Notes under the pieces: generated by a model
Told to the model about the DNA's origin: nothing
Seen by the model: the letters and a program-made list of their open reading frames with translations, nothing else
Databases searched by the model: none
In this document: one piece after another, positions 38,300 through 50,420 of the stretch
Position numbering within the stretch: position 1 is the stretch's first letter
Layout of the letters: every line of letters starts with the position of its first letter
Source of the DNA: Octopus sinensis
Taxonomy: Eukaryota
DNA length: 64,000 nt
Assembly: GCF_006345805.1 (NCBI RefSeq)
Contig: NC_042997.1
Span: 84,010,001 to 84,074,000 of the forward strand
Direction of reading: 5' to 3'
Position numbers and translations under genes: made by a program

Positions 38300-38500
38300 A
38301 TATATATACATATATACCTAAATATATACATAAAATATTTGTACATAAGCATACGTGTGTATGTATACATATACATAGTCATATATGTTTATACATATGT
38401 GTGTATATATATGTGTGTGTGTATATATATATATATATGTATATAAATATATATACACACACACACACGATACATACAAACACACACATGCATACATCTT

Positions 38501-38532
<32 letters not shown>

Positions 38533-39014
38533 CAATACACACAAAAACACATGCATATATCTATGCATACATCTTTATATATATATGTATATATATATAT
38601 ACACATACATATATATATATACATACATACATACATATATACATACATACATATATATATACACATACATACATATATACATACATACATACATATATAC
38701 ATACATACATACATATATTATATATACATACATATATATATACATATATATATATACATACATATATATATACATACATACATACATATATATATACATA
38801 CATACATACATAATACATACATACATACATATATATACATACATACATATATATATATACATACATATATATATACATACATACATATATACATACATAC
38901 ATATATATATACACATACATACATACATATATATACATACATACATATACATACATACATATATACATACATACTATATACATACATACATATATACATA
39001 CATACATATATACA

Positions 39015-39048
<34 letters not shown>

Positions 39049-39061
39049 CATACATACATAT

Positions 39062-39110
<49 letters not shown>

Positions 39111-39290
39111 ACTATCTATCAATCTCTCTCTATATATATGTATATATACACAATCATCTATCTATATAAATATATATAACATTTCTCTCCATCTCTTTCT
39201 TTCTCTCTCCTCTGTGTGTGTGTATACATACATACACAGAAATATATGTATATATAACATTTAAAATACATACAAACACACGCACACATA
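38300..39290. repeat. ~1-kb compound (TACA)n/(TA)n/(CA)n microsatellite
   Basis: Direct reading. Source of many spurious ORFs. Confidence 0.95.
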
Positions 39291-40592
39291 CACAAAATCA
39301 ATAACTGAGAGGGATATTTTCTGAAAGCTGGTTTGCTATTTTCTTATTTCAAAGATAACTACTACCCAATGAAGAACAAATTCCATTACCTCAAAGCTAT
39401 CATTATTATCTAAAAAGAAAGATAGTAACAAGGATGGAAAAAGCAATGAAATTTAGCAAGAACAACAACAAATATAAATAAAACATGAATGATGATAAAT
39501 AATTTAAAACAATGGCAAAGAGTGACTCAATTCCCCCTACAGGGGGAAAGGTGCCAATTTATTGTCCAATTGGATTAATAGGATGCAGAAGTGATTGGGG
39601 TTGGTTAAATTGGCAAGCAACGTTACCAAGGAAATCATAGCTGCCCAACCAACCGCAAGGTGGAGGGAAACAGAGACACTTGCAATGTGCAAAGCAAAGA
39701 GAAAAGAAACTAATTGAGAATAAGTCATTTATAGAAAAGGTCTCTTGCACAAACACCACCATAAGTGCTTAAAGCAAGTTTTTGAAATTAGTGGCAAGCT
39801 GTGTGCAGAATGTGCAAGATTTCTAATTAAGATGGGCTAGAAATAGCTCTGCTTGAGACAGAAGGTTTTATAGGAGAGAAAATTGAACATAATCAGAGTT
39901 CATGCCTTTCTGAAGTTGGTGGCAACAAACAATATCTAAAAATAAATGCAGCAATGATACAAGAGGTGTAAGGTTAACGCTATCTACTTTAATTGATTTT
40001 TATATATTCACATGACTGCATTCTATTGACATTTCTTTTTCCTTTTATACACCTGTAAAAGGTGATTATGTATTTAGTATAATTATAATTGTTAGCCCAA
40101 ATCATCAGAGCAGCAGCAGCACAACCACCACCACCACCACCAGGACATGAACCAGTGCCAGCCGTAGATCATTTGGTACCAGGCTGCACCGAAAGAATAA
40201 ATTTTAAAGTTTAATTACTACTTTGTTGCGTATTGCAGCTTGTAGGGTGTTTTTGTATTATATAGAATCTTTAACTGGCACCAGCAATAACCGTCATCAA
40301 ATATGAACAAAAAATGAAGAACATTTAATGAAGAATAATTGATTCGAAAGTGCTGACAAGATAAACTATAACACCCAGCAACAAGGCTCTCTACAGGTTA
40401 CATGCCACATGTAGGTTAATCTATCTATCTATCATTTTGTCTATCAAGATGTCTGTCCTTCTGTCTATCATTTTATCTATCTATGTGTCTGTCTTTTGTT
40501 TTATCTATCTGTCTGTCTCTCTGTCTATCCATTGTCCTACCCTTCTGTCTGTCAACTTATTTATCTACCTATCCATTCTTATATCCACTTCC

Positions 40593-41284
40593 ATTAGTAA
40601 GGAAGAGGGTGAAATAAAATTAATTAGAATAAAATAAGACAACTTGAGGTATGAGGTTTAATTTTCATGATAGATTTAGGGCTATAAAAGTTTTAAAGGT
40701 TCATTGATGTAAGAGATTAAGGATATATAAAAGGTTTAGGCTTATGGATATGTTAGTTAGTTAGTTAGTTAAATTGGCTCAAAAGCAAATAGCAAGGCCA
40801 TGTAGGGGGACATAGAGTTAAGTACAGGGTGGTGTTCATGTAAAGAGTTCAGGCCACTTGAGGTCCAGGGAGGCTTTGAACAAAGCGGTCGTCGGCATCT
40901 TCACCATCTCGTCGGAGAGGAGCTTTCTCCGTCCGGGTTGCGGATCCGTGGAACAAGCTGCCAGACGAGATGGTGAAGATGCCGACGACCGCTTTGTTCA
41001 AAGCCTCCCTGGACCTCAAGTGGCCTGAACTCTTTACATGAACACCACCCTGTACTTAACTCCATGTCCCCCTACATGGCCTTGCTATTTGCTTTTGAGC
41101 CAATTTAACTAACTAACTAACTAACATATCCATAAGCCTAAACCTTTTATATATCCTTAATCTCTTACATCAATGAACCTTTAAAACTTTTATAGCCCTA
41201 AATCTATCATGAAAATTAAACCTCATACCTCAAGTTGTCTTATTTTATTCTAATTAATTTTATTTCACCCTCTTCCTTACTAAT
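40593..41284. repeat. Near-perfect palindrome: 321-bp arms (40593-40913 / 40964-41284), 50-bp spacer
   Basis: I found only one mismatch between the arms (catagagtta vs catggagtta). Confidence 0.95.
40910..41125 (+). mobile_element. Young, 5'-truncated CR1/L2-type LINE 3' end with (CTAA)n tail
   Basis: RRRGAFSVRVADPWNKLPDEMVKMPTTALFKASLDLKWPELFT* (CR1-type C-terminus FS.RV...WN.LP..V......FK..LD), CpGs retained, short 3' UTR, tandem-repeat tail. Confidence 0.9.
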
Positions 41285-41664
41285 TGTTATCTTAGTGGTT
41301 AGGGTGTCTGACTCATGAGTGTAAACTCAGGTGTTTGACTTCTGGCAGCATGTTGTGTCCTTGAGCAAGACATTTTATTTTACATTGCTCCAGTCCACTC
41401 AGCTGAGCACTCCATAAATATGTGTACCCTTAACATAGTTCTTGGGGTGAGTCAGCATGACAAGATCGTAACAAAGCCGGCCCTTTAAATGGTGGGTACA
41501 ACTCATTTGTGCCAGCTGAGAGGACTGGAGCAATGTGAAATAAAGTGTCTTGCTCATGGACAAAGTGTGCCAAATGGGAATCATGATCATGAGCTGAATA
41601 CTCCTAACCACTTAGTCACATGACTTCCAAATTCTAAACAATAATTATAAAATAGGTAGTAAAT

Positions 41665-42080
41665 AATAATAATAAAACGCCTGTTTTCCATGCTGGCATG
41701 GGTTGGACGGTTCGACTGAGAACTGATAAGCCAGGAAGCTGCACCAGGTTCCAATCTGATTTGGCATGGTTTCTACAGTTGGGTGCCCTTCCTAATGCCA
41801 ACCACTCCAAGAGTGTATTGGGTGCATTTTATGTGGCACCAGCATGGGTGCCAATTATGTGACACTGGCATCAGCCATGAGTACAATTTTACTTGGCTTG
41901 ACAGGTCTGCTCAAGCACGGCATATCATAAAAGGTCTCAGTCACTTGTCATTGCCTCCATGAGGCCCAACATTCGAAGATCATGCTTCACCATCTCAGCC
42001 TATGTCCTCCTGGGTCTACTTCTTCCACAGGTTCCCTCTACCATTAGGGTACAACATTTCTTCACACAGTTGTCCTTGTC
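41665..42080 (-). mobile_element. RTE LINE 3' fragment (ORF end plus tail)
   Basis: The reverse complement matches 55120-55260 and the family C tail. Confidence 0.8.
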
Positions 42081-42744
42081 CATACACATATATATATTAA
42101 ATCTTTCGTCTCTCTGTCTGTTCCCAATGCATTCTCAAATGGCCCAACCAAATCAAACCAAATTTTACATGGTAATACTATCAGACCCTGTAAGTGTCAA
42201 CATGTAATTTTTGGGGATTAAAACAATGCAACATTAGCACTGGTTCCATATTACATGTCAAAACTCAAAGAATAAAAATGAAAGAACAACATCTATATAA
42301 TATAGTGATATATTGTTTCACTTTTATACTTTTACTTCCAACTACAAAGACAACAACAACAATGTCACATTTTGTATATGACTGTGTACCTGTCTGTGAA
42401 TGTATGTGCATGAGTGTATGAGTATGTATATGTATCACAGTGTGTGTGTCCTCCCATGTTAGGTATGTTATTAAATACACTATATGTATGTCAGGGCTGG
42501 TTAACGACGATGACGTTACATTTTGTATATGACTGTGAATGTATGTCTGTGAGTGTATGAATGTATATATGTCTCAGTGTGTGTGTCTTTCTGAAGTTAG
42601 GTATGTTATTAAACACATTATATGTTTCACTTTGAAAATTTAATAAAAGTTTGCAATGATTTCCTTTTATTAAACATTATATTATTTAACCAAGAAACTT
42701 TACATCAAAGCACAGGCTTCTGTGTATCTGTTATCTTTTACTCT

Positions 42745-43085
42745 TTTGAGTCATTAGACTGCAGCCATAGTGTGGCGCTGCCTTAAAGAATTTTTAGTTG
42801 AATGAATCGACCCTAGTACTCTGTTTATTTCTAAACCTGGTACTTAATCTTATGATCACTTTTGCCAAACCACTTAAGCTAGAGGAATGTAAACACCATC
42901 ACCAGCTGTTAAGTGGTGGTGGTGGGGGACAAACACAGACACAAAGATACACACACACACAATGGACTTCTTTCAGTTTCCATCTACCAAATCACCAAAT
43001 CTACTCACAAGGATTTGGTTGGCAGTGGGGTTAAATCTGGAACCATGTGGTTGGGAAGAAGCTTTGCACTACATGGACATACCTG
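42745..43085 (-). mobile_element. SINE family A, reverse orientation
   Basis: ttctttcagtttccatctacc..gaaccatgtggttgggaagaagc.. Confidence 0.8.
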
Positions 43086-44150
43086 TGCTTATGTTAAGAA
43101 TAGCAGGTTCAGTTGCATATGTCTTATCACTAGCTGTCCATTGTATCTTTCACTAACATACTCAGCTCTTCAATGACCTAGTCTGCATAGTACTAAACAT
43201 TAACTGTTGCAGTTGTAGTTTGGTCTTGTAAGCAACAGCGGCTGCAGCACTGTTACGTGTATTTCACAAGCTTGCTAGTGGCAAGTTCAATTACTCCCAT
43301 GGCAAATGAAAATCTACCAATGATAGAATCAAGGTCCTACCCAGGGGAAGAGTTATCAATCATCCAATTAATGCTATGGAAATTGAAGATAAGTATGAAC
43401 CCTATGAATTTTGAAATTAGCAGCAGCTCTAATCATCTAAACCATTGCCCATGTCCCATACTTAATGTGTTTTGTTTATACACTTTGGTAAAGTTTACAT
43501 TGTTAGAGCTACTTCTAATTCAAAATCTAATTTTGTTTTACTTCAGCAGAACTGTCACAAATCAACAGATAGATTTTTACACCATCTGCATATATACTTC
43601 AGACCAGTGATTTGAATTCATTCAGAGGTGGCTCAAGTATATGATGCTGATGAACTGAAATACCAATGAAATATCAACATCCACCACCAATCCTTGTTCA
43701 CTTACAGCATGATTTGTTTCACCTGGTTTGAGATATTCAGTGTTCTTTAACACTAAATATCTGAAAAAGATTTTCCTTGAATGAAATTATACAACTAATA
43801 AACATATATACAAAACACATATATCAAGTATGTGACAGCAGGAATGTTTACATTGTTAGAGATGCTTCTAATTCAAAATTTAATGTTGGTTTACTTCTGC
43901 AACACTGTCGCATATCAACAGATAAATTTTACATTATCTGCATATAAACCTCAGACCAGCAATTGAAACTGACTTGGGCATACAGCGCTGATGAGCTGAA
44001 ATTACAGTGAAATATCAATATCTACCACTCTTGTTCACCAACAGGGAGATCTGGTTCACCTGGTTTGAGATAGTCAGTGTTGTTTAAAAGTCAATGTCTT
44101 AAAAGGATTTTGCCTGGAATGGAATTCCACAAGTAATAAGTGTATAAACA
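43085..44150 (-). mobile_element. Decayed CR1/L2-type LINE RT region with the core duplicated in tandem (~350-bp unit)
   Basis: Minus-strand relics: ITCGIPFQ (GVPQG), LYADNVK and IYADGVKIY (YADD), AYKTKLQLQQ and KIQWTAS. Copies at ~43490-43800 and ~43845-44150. Confidence 0.7.
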
Positions 44151-44298
44151 GAATTCATATATTATATGACATCAAAAATGATTAGCTATGAATTTTCAGT
44201 TTTTTTACCTTTTTTTTTTTTTGCTTTTTCAACTATGCAAATAGGGGGTACTTGGCAAATGCACTTTCTCAATGAATATACAACAGAAAGGCTAATTA

Positions 44299-44520
44299 AC
44301 CCTTTTGCCACTATATTTTTGTTGAAATACACTGCCTTTGTTTCAGTTACTTTTTGAGATACTGAAGAATTTAGTAAAATAACTTGTCATTATGAAATTG
44401 GTTTTTGGAACTTAAGCTAACATGAAATTTTGATGGAAGGTTTTAATTTAGATCACTTTAAAAGAGGGAGTTTGTATCATAGAATGAAAGGTACTCTTGG
44501 GTGGAATGCTATTAAAGAGT
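44299..44520. mobile_element. piggyBac-type MITE relic related to 7943-8164; a reverse relic lies at ~51480-51650
   Basis: ttaa|cccttttgccactatatttttgttgaaatacactgcc..gaatttagtaaaataactt. Confidence 0.6.
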
Positions 44521-45415
44521 GAACTTATAAGTAAGATAATAACTAACATATTTAGCAAAAGGAGGATTATATATCTGATGTGATATAAGTATGAAATGAA
44601 GGAAAAGAATATTGGCCAATGAGTAACATTATTTTGACATTTTCTGTTAACTATAAGAAACAACTCCTGGCATGTTTCAGGCATATTGTAACCTCATCAG
44701 CAAAGCATAGCTTTCCACCATATATGGTGAAATAAGGAATAAAATTTCTCCAAGAAAATTATAAAAGATTGTAGATTTCTCAATGTAGGACAAAAGAATT
44801 GATTAAAGATTAGATAATTAATGAACACCATGTGATTGAAAAACAATTGTTAAGTCAAAATAACATTCAAGCAGGGAACATATAAAAAGCAAACTAGAAA
44901 TATATATGCAATAACTTTTATGTGTAGTACAATACAAAAACAAATTATAGTTACAAAAAAAAAAAAAACATTTGCTGTTACCATAAAGATATTTGCTAGC
45001 AAAGAAAAAGAAATTAGATAGATATGAAACTGCTCAGGTGATTGGTAAAAACTTAAGTATGAATCATGGATACTCCTACTTTTCTCCTTTTGAAGTAATA
45101 AATCAGATCAGTTCAAGAAAGCGGACAAAATGAACATGTCAATATATCTCTCGTTATTTCTAGGAAATAATCATATTGTAATGAGTCAGCTTCATATTAA
45201 TACGTGTGCATGCATATGATATATGTATGTGCATGTATGTGAGCATGTGTGTGTATGTATGTAGACATACACATGCATACATGTAAGTGGGCTGTGCATG
45301 CATACATATGAAAGAAAATACACACACACACATTCTCCAATTCTCTCTTTCTCTCTCTCCTTACACACACACACACACATATATTCATATTAACATATAC
45401 ATCCATATATTCATG

Positions 45416-45454
<39 letters not shown>

Positions 45455-46340
45455 AACATACATACATACACACTCATGTATAGGAAGAGGGAGAGAGAAA
45501 GAAAGAACGATATAATATACATATATATAGAGACAGATAGACAGACAGATACTTAGATAGAAAGACAGATATATACATAAATAGATAAACTTATACACAA
45601 ACATGCATTTATTTATATGTGTGCATACAAATACCCACACATACATAAGTCCAAGAAGTAAGAGTAAAATGATAAATGAGTAATGATGACAGTGCTGCCA
45701 TTTAGATATGCAATTGCTACACACACACACACACACACACGCATGCATGCTCACACACACATATCTGTGTATGTGTATGTATTTATATATTTTATCTTTA
45801 ACAAGATTTATGTGCAGCAATTCAAACACAGCGGAAAGAATATGTAGCATCTCAAATTATTCAGGGATCTTACTTATTTATGATAATAACCAACGAATTA
45901 ACAACATGGTATTGTATCATTTCCCTTGAATCTGAAACATTTCTCTGTTTGTCAGTGTGTGTGTGTCTACATACTTGAGAGGTGGCGGTGGCAGATGTGG
46001 TGGTGGTGGTAATGGTGGTGAAGGTGGAAATGTTTGACAATAAGGTGAACAACTGCATACTAAATGCATGTACCAATTTATGCATGTAGCATGTATGAGA
46101 GAGCAAGACAGTATGGATGTATGCAATTGTAAAATTTAAATTTCGTTAGTTTTTTTTCTTTTGTTTTCTTTTTCTGCTTTTGTCAATTGTTTTTACTTCA
46201 AAATGCCATTAAGTCAAACCAATGAGAAATTCAAACTGACATGTGATTAGAAAATGTCACAGGAAAGAATCACAAGACAGGTTCTTTAAGCCCAAGCCAA
46301 CCGGCATGAGACCTTGGGGTAGACCAAGAATGAGATGATT

Positions 46341-46572
46341 GGTGGTGAGCTGGCAGAAACGTTAGCACACGGGAAAAATGCTTAGCGGTATTTTGTCTGT
46401 CTTTACGTTCTGAGTTCAAATTCTGCTGAGGTTGACTTTGCCTTTCATCCTTTTGGGGGTTGATAAATTAAGAACCAGTTATGCACTGGGGTCGATGTAA
46501 TCGACTTAATCCCTTTGTCTATCCTTGTTTGTCCCCTCTATGTTTAGCCCCTTGTGGGCAATAAAGAAATAA
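46341..46572 (+). mobile_element. SINE family B (Nin/Deu-domain-like), near full length
   Basis: ggtggtgagctggcagaaacgttagcac..gagttcaaattc..gactttgcctttcatcc..gataaattaag..cactggggtcgat. Confidence 0.85.
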
Positions 46573-46996
46573 GTATGAGATGATTGGATAATATCCTTAG
46601 TCTCAATTGGTCATGCTTGGGAATCCAGCCAGAAAGTCTAATGATGGTTGCTTCTGATAGGACCCTATCAATGACGAACCTGAAAACTTTACCCCTAAGT
46701 CTCATCCAGGAGCAGCAGGCAGAGAAAATGGATGGATGGATGAAGTCAGTTTCAATTTTCAATTTGTCTTTTTTTTTCACAACCAATACCCATAAGGTGT
46801 GGGTATTGTCTGTGTTTACCCATCACCTACCACTTAACAGCTACTTTTGGCTGATTTAAATCCTCATAATCTAACAGTTTGGCAAAGGAGAGCGATAGTA
46901 TAAATATCAGACTTTAAAAATAAGTACTGGGGTCCATTTGTTTGCTGAAAACCGTAAAACCAGTGCCTCAGCATGGCTGCAGTCCATATATATATA

Positions 46997-47393
46997 CTAG
47001 CAGTATCGCCCGGCGTTGCTCGGGTTTGTAAGGGAAATAATTATATAAGCATTTTTAGAGATGTAAAGTATAATAGCCATCTCAATATGGCTAACCACAA
47101 AAGGGGGGGGGTTACTGTAGCTTTTTACGTTCTGAGATTTAATAATAAATTTTTAGAGAGTTACTTCCCTTATATATGCCAAAAATGCATTAAAAATGGG
47201 AAAAATTGATGGTAAATTTTTTTTTAAATCGTAGACTCATCGTAGATGCACACTAATACCCAGAAGGGCTCGATATGAATCACGACTATAAGATACCCAG
47301 TTTTGGTTAAACTGCACCGCAAAATATGGGAGTAGTTAGGAATCTAAATCGAGGGAGACAGACAGCACACAACCTTACTTTTATATATAAAGA
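46997..47393 (-). mobile_element. Complete non-autonomous Helitron (397 bp)
   Basis: Minus strand starts A|TCTTTATATATAAAA and ends in the hairpin CCCG-AGCAACGC-CGGG then CGATACTG-CTAG|T. Inserted between A and T, no TSD. Confidence 0.9.
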
Positions 47394-47416
47394 TATATAT
47401 ATATATATATATATAT

Positions 47417-47843
47417 CCCCGACCTACAGCGATGTCCATAAGCAAGCTAAGAAGATTTCTCCCTTCTTTTTCATACATACATACATTTGTCTACTGTTTA
47501 AATGTTTTGAACTTATACCACCAATCTGCTTTGCTTTCCTTTTCTTTCTATATGCCACCCTAAAAACATCGCCATTCCCGCCCGTTTCTCTAAAGTTCAA
47601 CCTCGCATATTCCTTTAATTCGATCTCCACATTCACTATCATTTCTTCCCCGACCTACAGCGATGTCCATAAGCAAGCTAAGAGATTTCTCCCTTCTTTT
47701 TCATACATACATACATTTGTCTACCGTTTAAATGTTTTGAAATTATAACACCAATCTGCTTTGCTTTCCTTTTCTTTCTATATGCCACCCTAAAAACATC
47801 GCCATTCCCGCCCGTTTCTCTAAAGTTCAACCTTCGCATATTC
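47417..47843. repeat. Near-identical tandem duplication, 231-bp period
   Basis: ccccgacctacagcgatgtcc.. at 47417 and 47648. Confidence 0.9.
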
Positions 47844-48099
47844 CGGGCACCCGCCCTTGCCCACCCCCACCACCAATACCGGATATCTATATTTTTGTTC
47901 CATCTATACCGGATATGTCGCTTCTCCCACCACCATTATAGGTGTCTACTCTTCGAACCCCCTCTTCAACACGCTATTTCACCATGCATACCCTCTCTTG
48001 ATATCCTACGTTCTACTTGCCTAGAACCTGTCATCATTTCTCTGAACCACCCCTCCCCACTGGTGCTCCCCTATATATTTCTGCACCCCCCCCCCCCCC

Positions 48100-48750
48100 A
48101 CATAAAAGCACCATCCGAACGTGGCCGATGCCAGACCCCTCTGGCACCTGTGCAGGTGGCACGTAAAAAACACCCACTACACTCGCGGAGTGGTTGGCGT
48201 TAGGAAGGGCTCCAGCTGTAGAAACACTGCCAGACTAGACTGGAGCCTGGGGCAGTCCCTAGCTCCCCAGACCCCGGTCGAAACCGTCCAACCCGTGCTA
48301 GCGCGGAAAACGGACGTTAAACGATGATGATGATGATGATGATATATATATATATATATTATATATAGGCACAGGAGTGGCTGTGTGGTAAGAACCTTGC
48401 TTCCTAATCACATGGTTCCAGGCTCAGTCCCACTGCATAGCACCTTGGGCAAGTGTCTTCTACTATAGCCTCAGGCTGACCAAACCCTTGTGAGTGGATT
48501 TGGTAGATGGAAGCTGAAAGAAGCCCGTCATATATATATATGTATTTGTGTGCCTGTGTTTGTTCCTCCACCATCACTTGACAATTGAGGTTGGTTCATT
48601 TACGTCCCAGTAGCTTAGTGGTTTGGCAAAAAGAGATTGATAGAATAAGTACTAGGCTTACAAAGAATAAGTCCTGGAGTTGATTTGTTTGACTAAAGGT
48701 GGTGCTCCAGCATGGTCACAGTCAAATGACAGAAACAAAATAAAAGAATA
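48100..48750 (+). mobile_element. Family C RTE tail (~48100-48340) followed by a family A SINE (~48368-48750)
   Basis: ..ggaaaacggacgttaaacgatgatgat, then aggcacaggagtggctgtgtggtaag. Confidence 0.85.
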
Positions 48751-48921
48751 TATATATATATACAAAGAATATGGTGGGGGCTTAATTCACTGATGATCTA
48801 AACCAATAGGTACGCTGTGTAAGTGCTATAATTGGTCATCCTTTAGGTTCCAAGTTCACAGCTGACGTTGTAGCTGGGGATCTGTAGTAGGCTTCCGAAT
48901 CAGTGGATATATATTAAAGGA

Positions 48922-49049
48922 AAAGGAAAACAAAACCAAGGCAGGGCAAACATCTCAGATCATTTAGAATATCTAATTAGAGTACGATGAATCAAAAATA
49001 TTCTAAATGACCTGAGATGCTAATCCTGCCTTGGTTTTTGTTTTCCTTT
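48922..49049. repeat. Small fold-back (~50-bp arms, ~26-bp spacer)
   Basis: aaaggaaaacaaaaccaaggcagg..catctcagatcatttagaatat is inverted at atattctaaatgacctgagatg..cctgccttggtttttgttttccttt. Confidence 0.8.
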
Positions 49050-49744
49050 CCCTCTTACATAATACATACATACATACATACATATATATAGGGATTAAAA
49101 TGGCATAGTGAGTATATATATTACAGTTATGTTGAAACGTGATACAGCAAAGTGCAGCATTGACGACAAAACATTTGTGGAGCTAATTCAACTAAGTGAC
49201 ATGTCATGCGTCCATTTGGAGATTTCAAGGCCCTAACTTGTCATGGACATTTGGGGGGGGGGGGGGTTGAAAGCACCAAAAAGCTGTCAGTGGATATACT
49301 TTTCTTTGCAGCAGTTGGCACTGCATTTAACATGACCCATCATATGGTTGACAGTCAAATGAATCTAAGTATAATGGAGATATTGTATGCAAATGGGTAC
49401 ATTCTGGAAAGGGGCTGCAATGGGAGACGGCAACAGGGAAGTAAACTGTTGAAATGTTACAGAAGGGAAAGGCTTGATATTGGCTTTTTGGTGTGTCTGT
49501 AGAATAAGAAATATAAACAGAGCCTATGCAGTCACATAAGAATATGTAGTAATGAATTACTTGAAAAAATAAGGTGGAACGGCTTACCACATGGTTGGTG
49601 GGAGCAATTGGAGAATATGCTTTGCTACTAAAGTCCATGCAGGAAACTGCTTTGTTGATGCAGTCTTTGGGTTTGTCGGTATTATGCCAAAATGGTCCCC
49701 ATCTTCACAGGAGTGCATTGTAGGATCTAGTAATTCCTACAAAA

Positions 49745-50420
49745 TCTCTTGGTAAACAATATTCTTTGTTTTCCCTTGTGGAACAAATGTAAATAGATAT
49801 TTTTTTTGTTTCCCACTCTAAAGCAGCCAACATATAATTGCCCGTGTGAGGAGCATAACTCTTCTAAGTGAAGTCCTACCACAGCCTACCACAGACAGTG
49901 TTTGACCCTGGGATTTATTGATAGACATTACAAAGCTGATATGAATAAGAAATTGCACTCTTCTGAATGAAAGAGAAATTTCTGCTCCTAATGGAATGAG
50001 AGGAATCCTGGATATGAAAACATCCACTCCTTTTCCACATCCAGAGAGAACAGTGACCTCAATATCATCTTTTTTACCACCAGGTGTGTCCCATTGCAGA
50101 GTGTTGGTGGATCCAAATTCCTCAATAACATTACTGGAGTTCCCACTTTAAGTTCCAATCTGTGGGAAGGTAATCCTGGGGGTTCCAATGAATTAAGAAA
50201 TTCTGTTGGATAATATACCACCTCTTCTTAATGTGGGATTGTATCAACTGACTTATAGATGTGAGCACTTCCAGAAAGGTACTGCAGCAGCTGCTCATTA
50301 ATTTTACTTACAGTGCTGTTTTTTGGAGCCAGTATTGCTCTTTCACACAGCTAATTGAGATTGTGATATTTTTTCAACTAATGGAGGATCTCTTTGGGGA
50401 CATTATGTCAAGAAATAATG
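49745..50420 (-). mobile_element. Helitron Pif1-type helicase C-terminal pseudogene fragment
   Basis: [86 protein letters not shown]. Frameshifted. Confidence 0.92.

Larger units (their letters stand above)
34180..38300 (+). mobile_element. Decayed Penelope-like retroelement split by nested insertions (pieces ~34180-34640, 35940-36905, 38030-38300)
   Basis: Collinear PLE motifs: VMNLS..EIQLLEYGLKFT..DLIKDTE..RLHLWEF; KADK..IVILNKTHYK; MAMGTKVAS; CFIFWN; FWDIL..KEIGTITTD; IPFVVTYDPRN. Many frameshifts and stops. Confidence 0.8.

Noticed and set aside
38385-39264. Long Y/I/H/T/M/C/V-rich ORFs on both strands
   Set aside because: Translations of the TACA/TA microsatellite.
39500-39720. CCAAT-rich, promoter-like stretch (also ~60280-60440)
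   Set aside because: Short motifs are expected by chance; there is no TSS evidence from sequence alone.
43257-43610. 117-aa plus-strand ORF; a weak BEL/Pao-like phrase in another frame
   Set aside because: Antisense to the decayed CR1-type LINE, which explains the region better.
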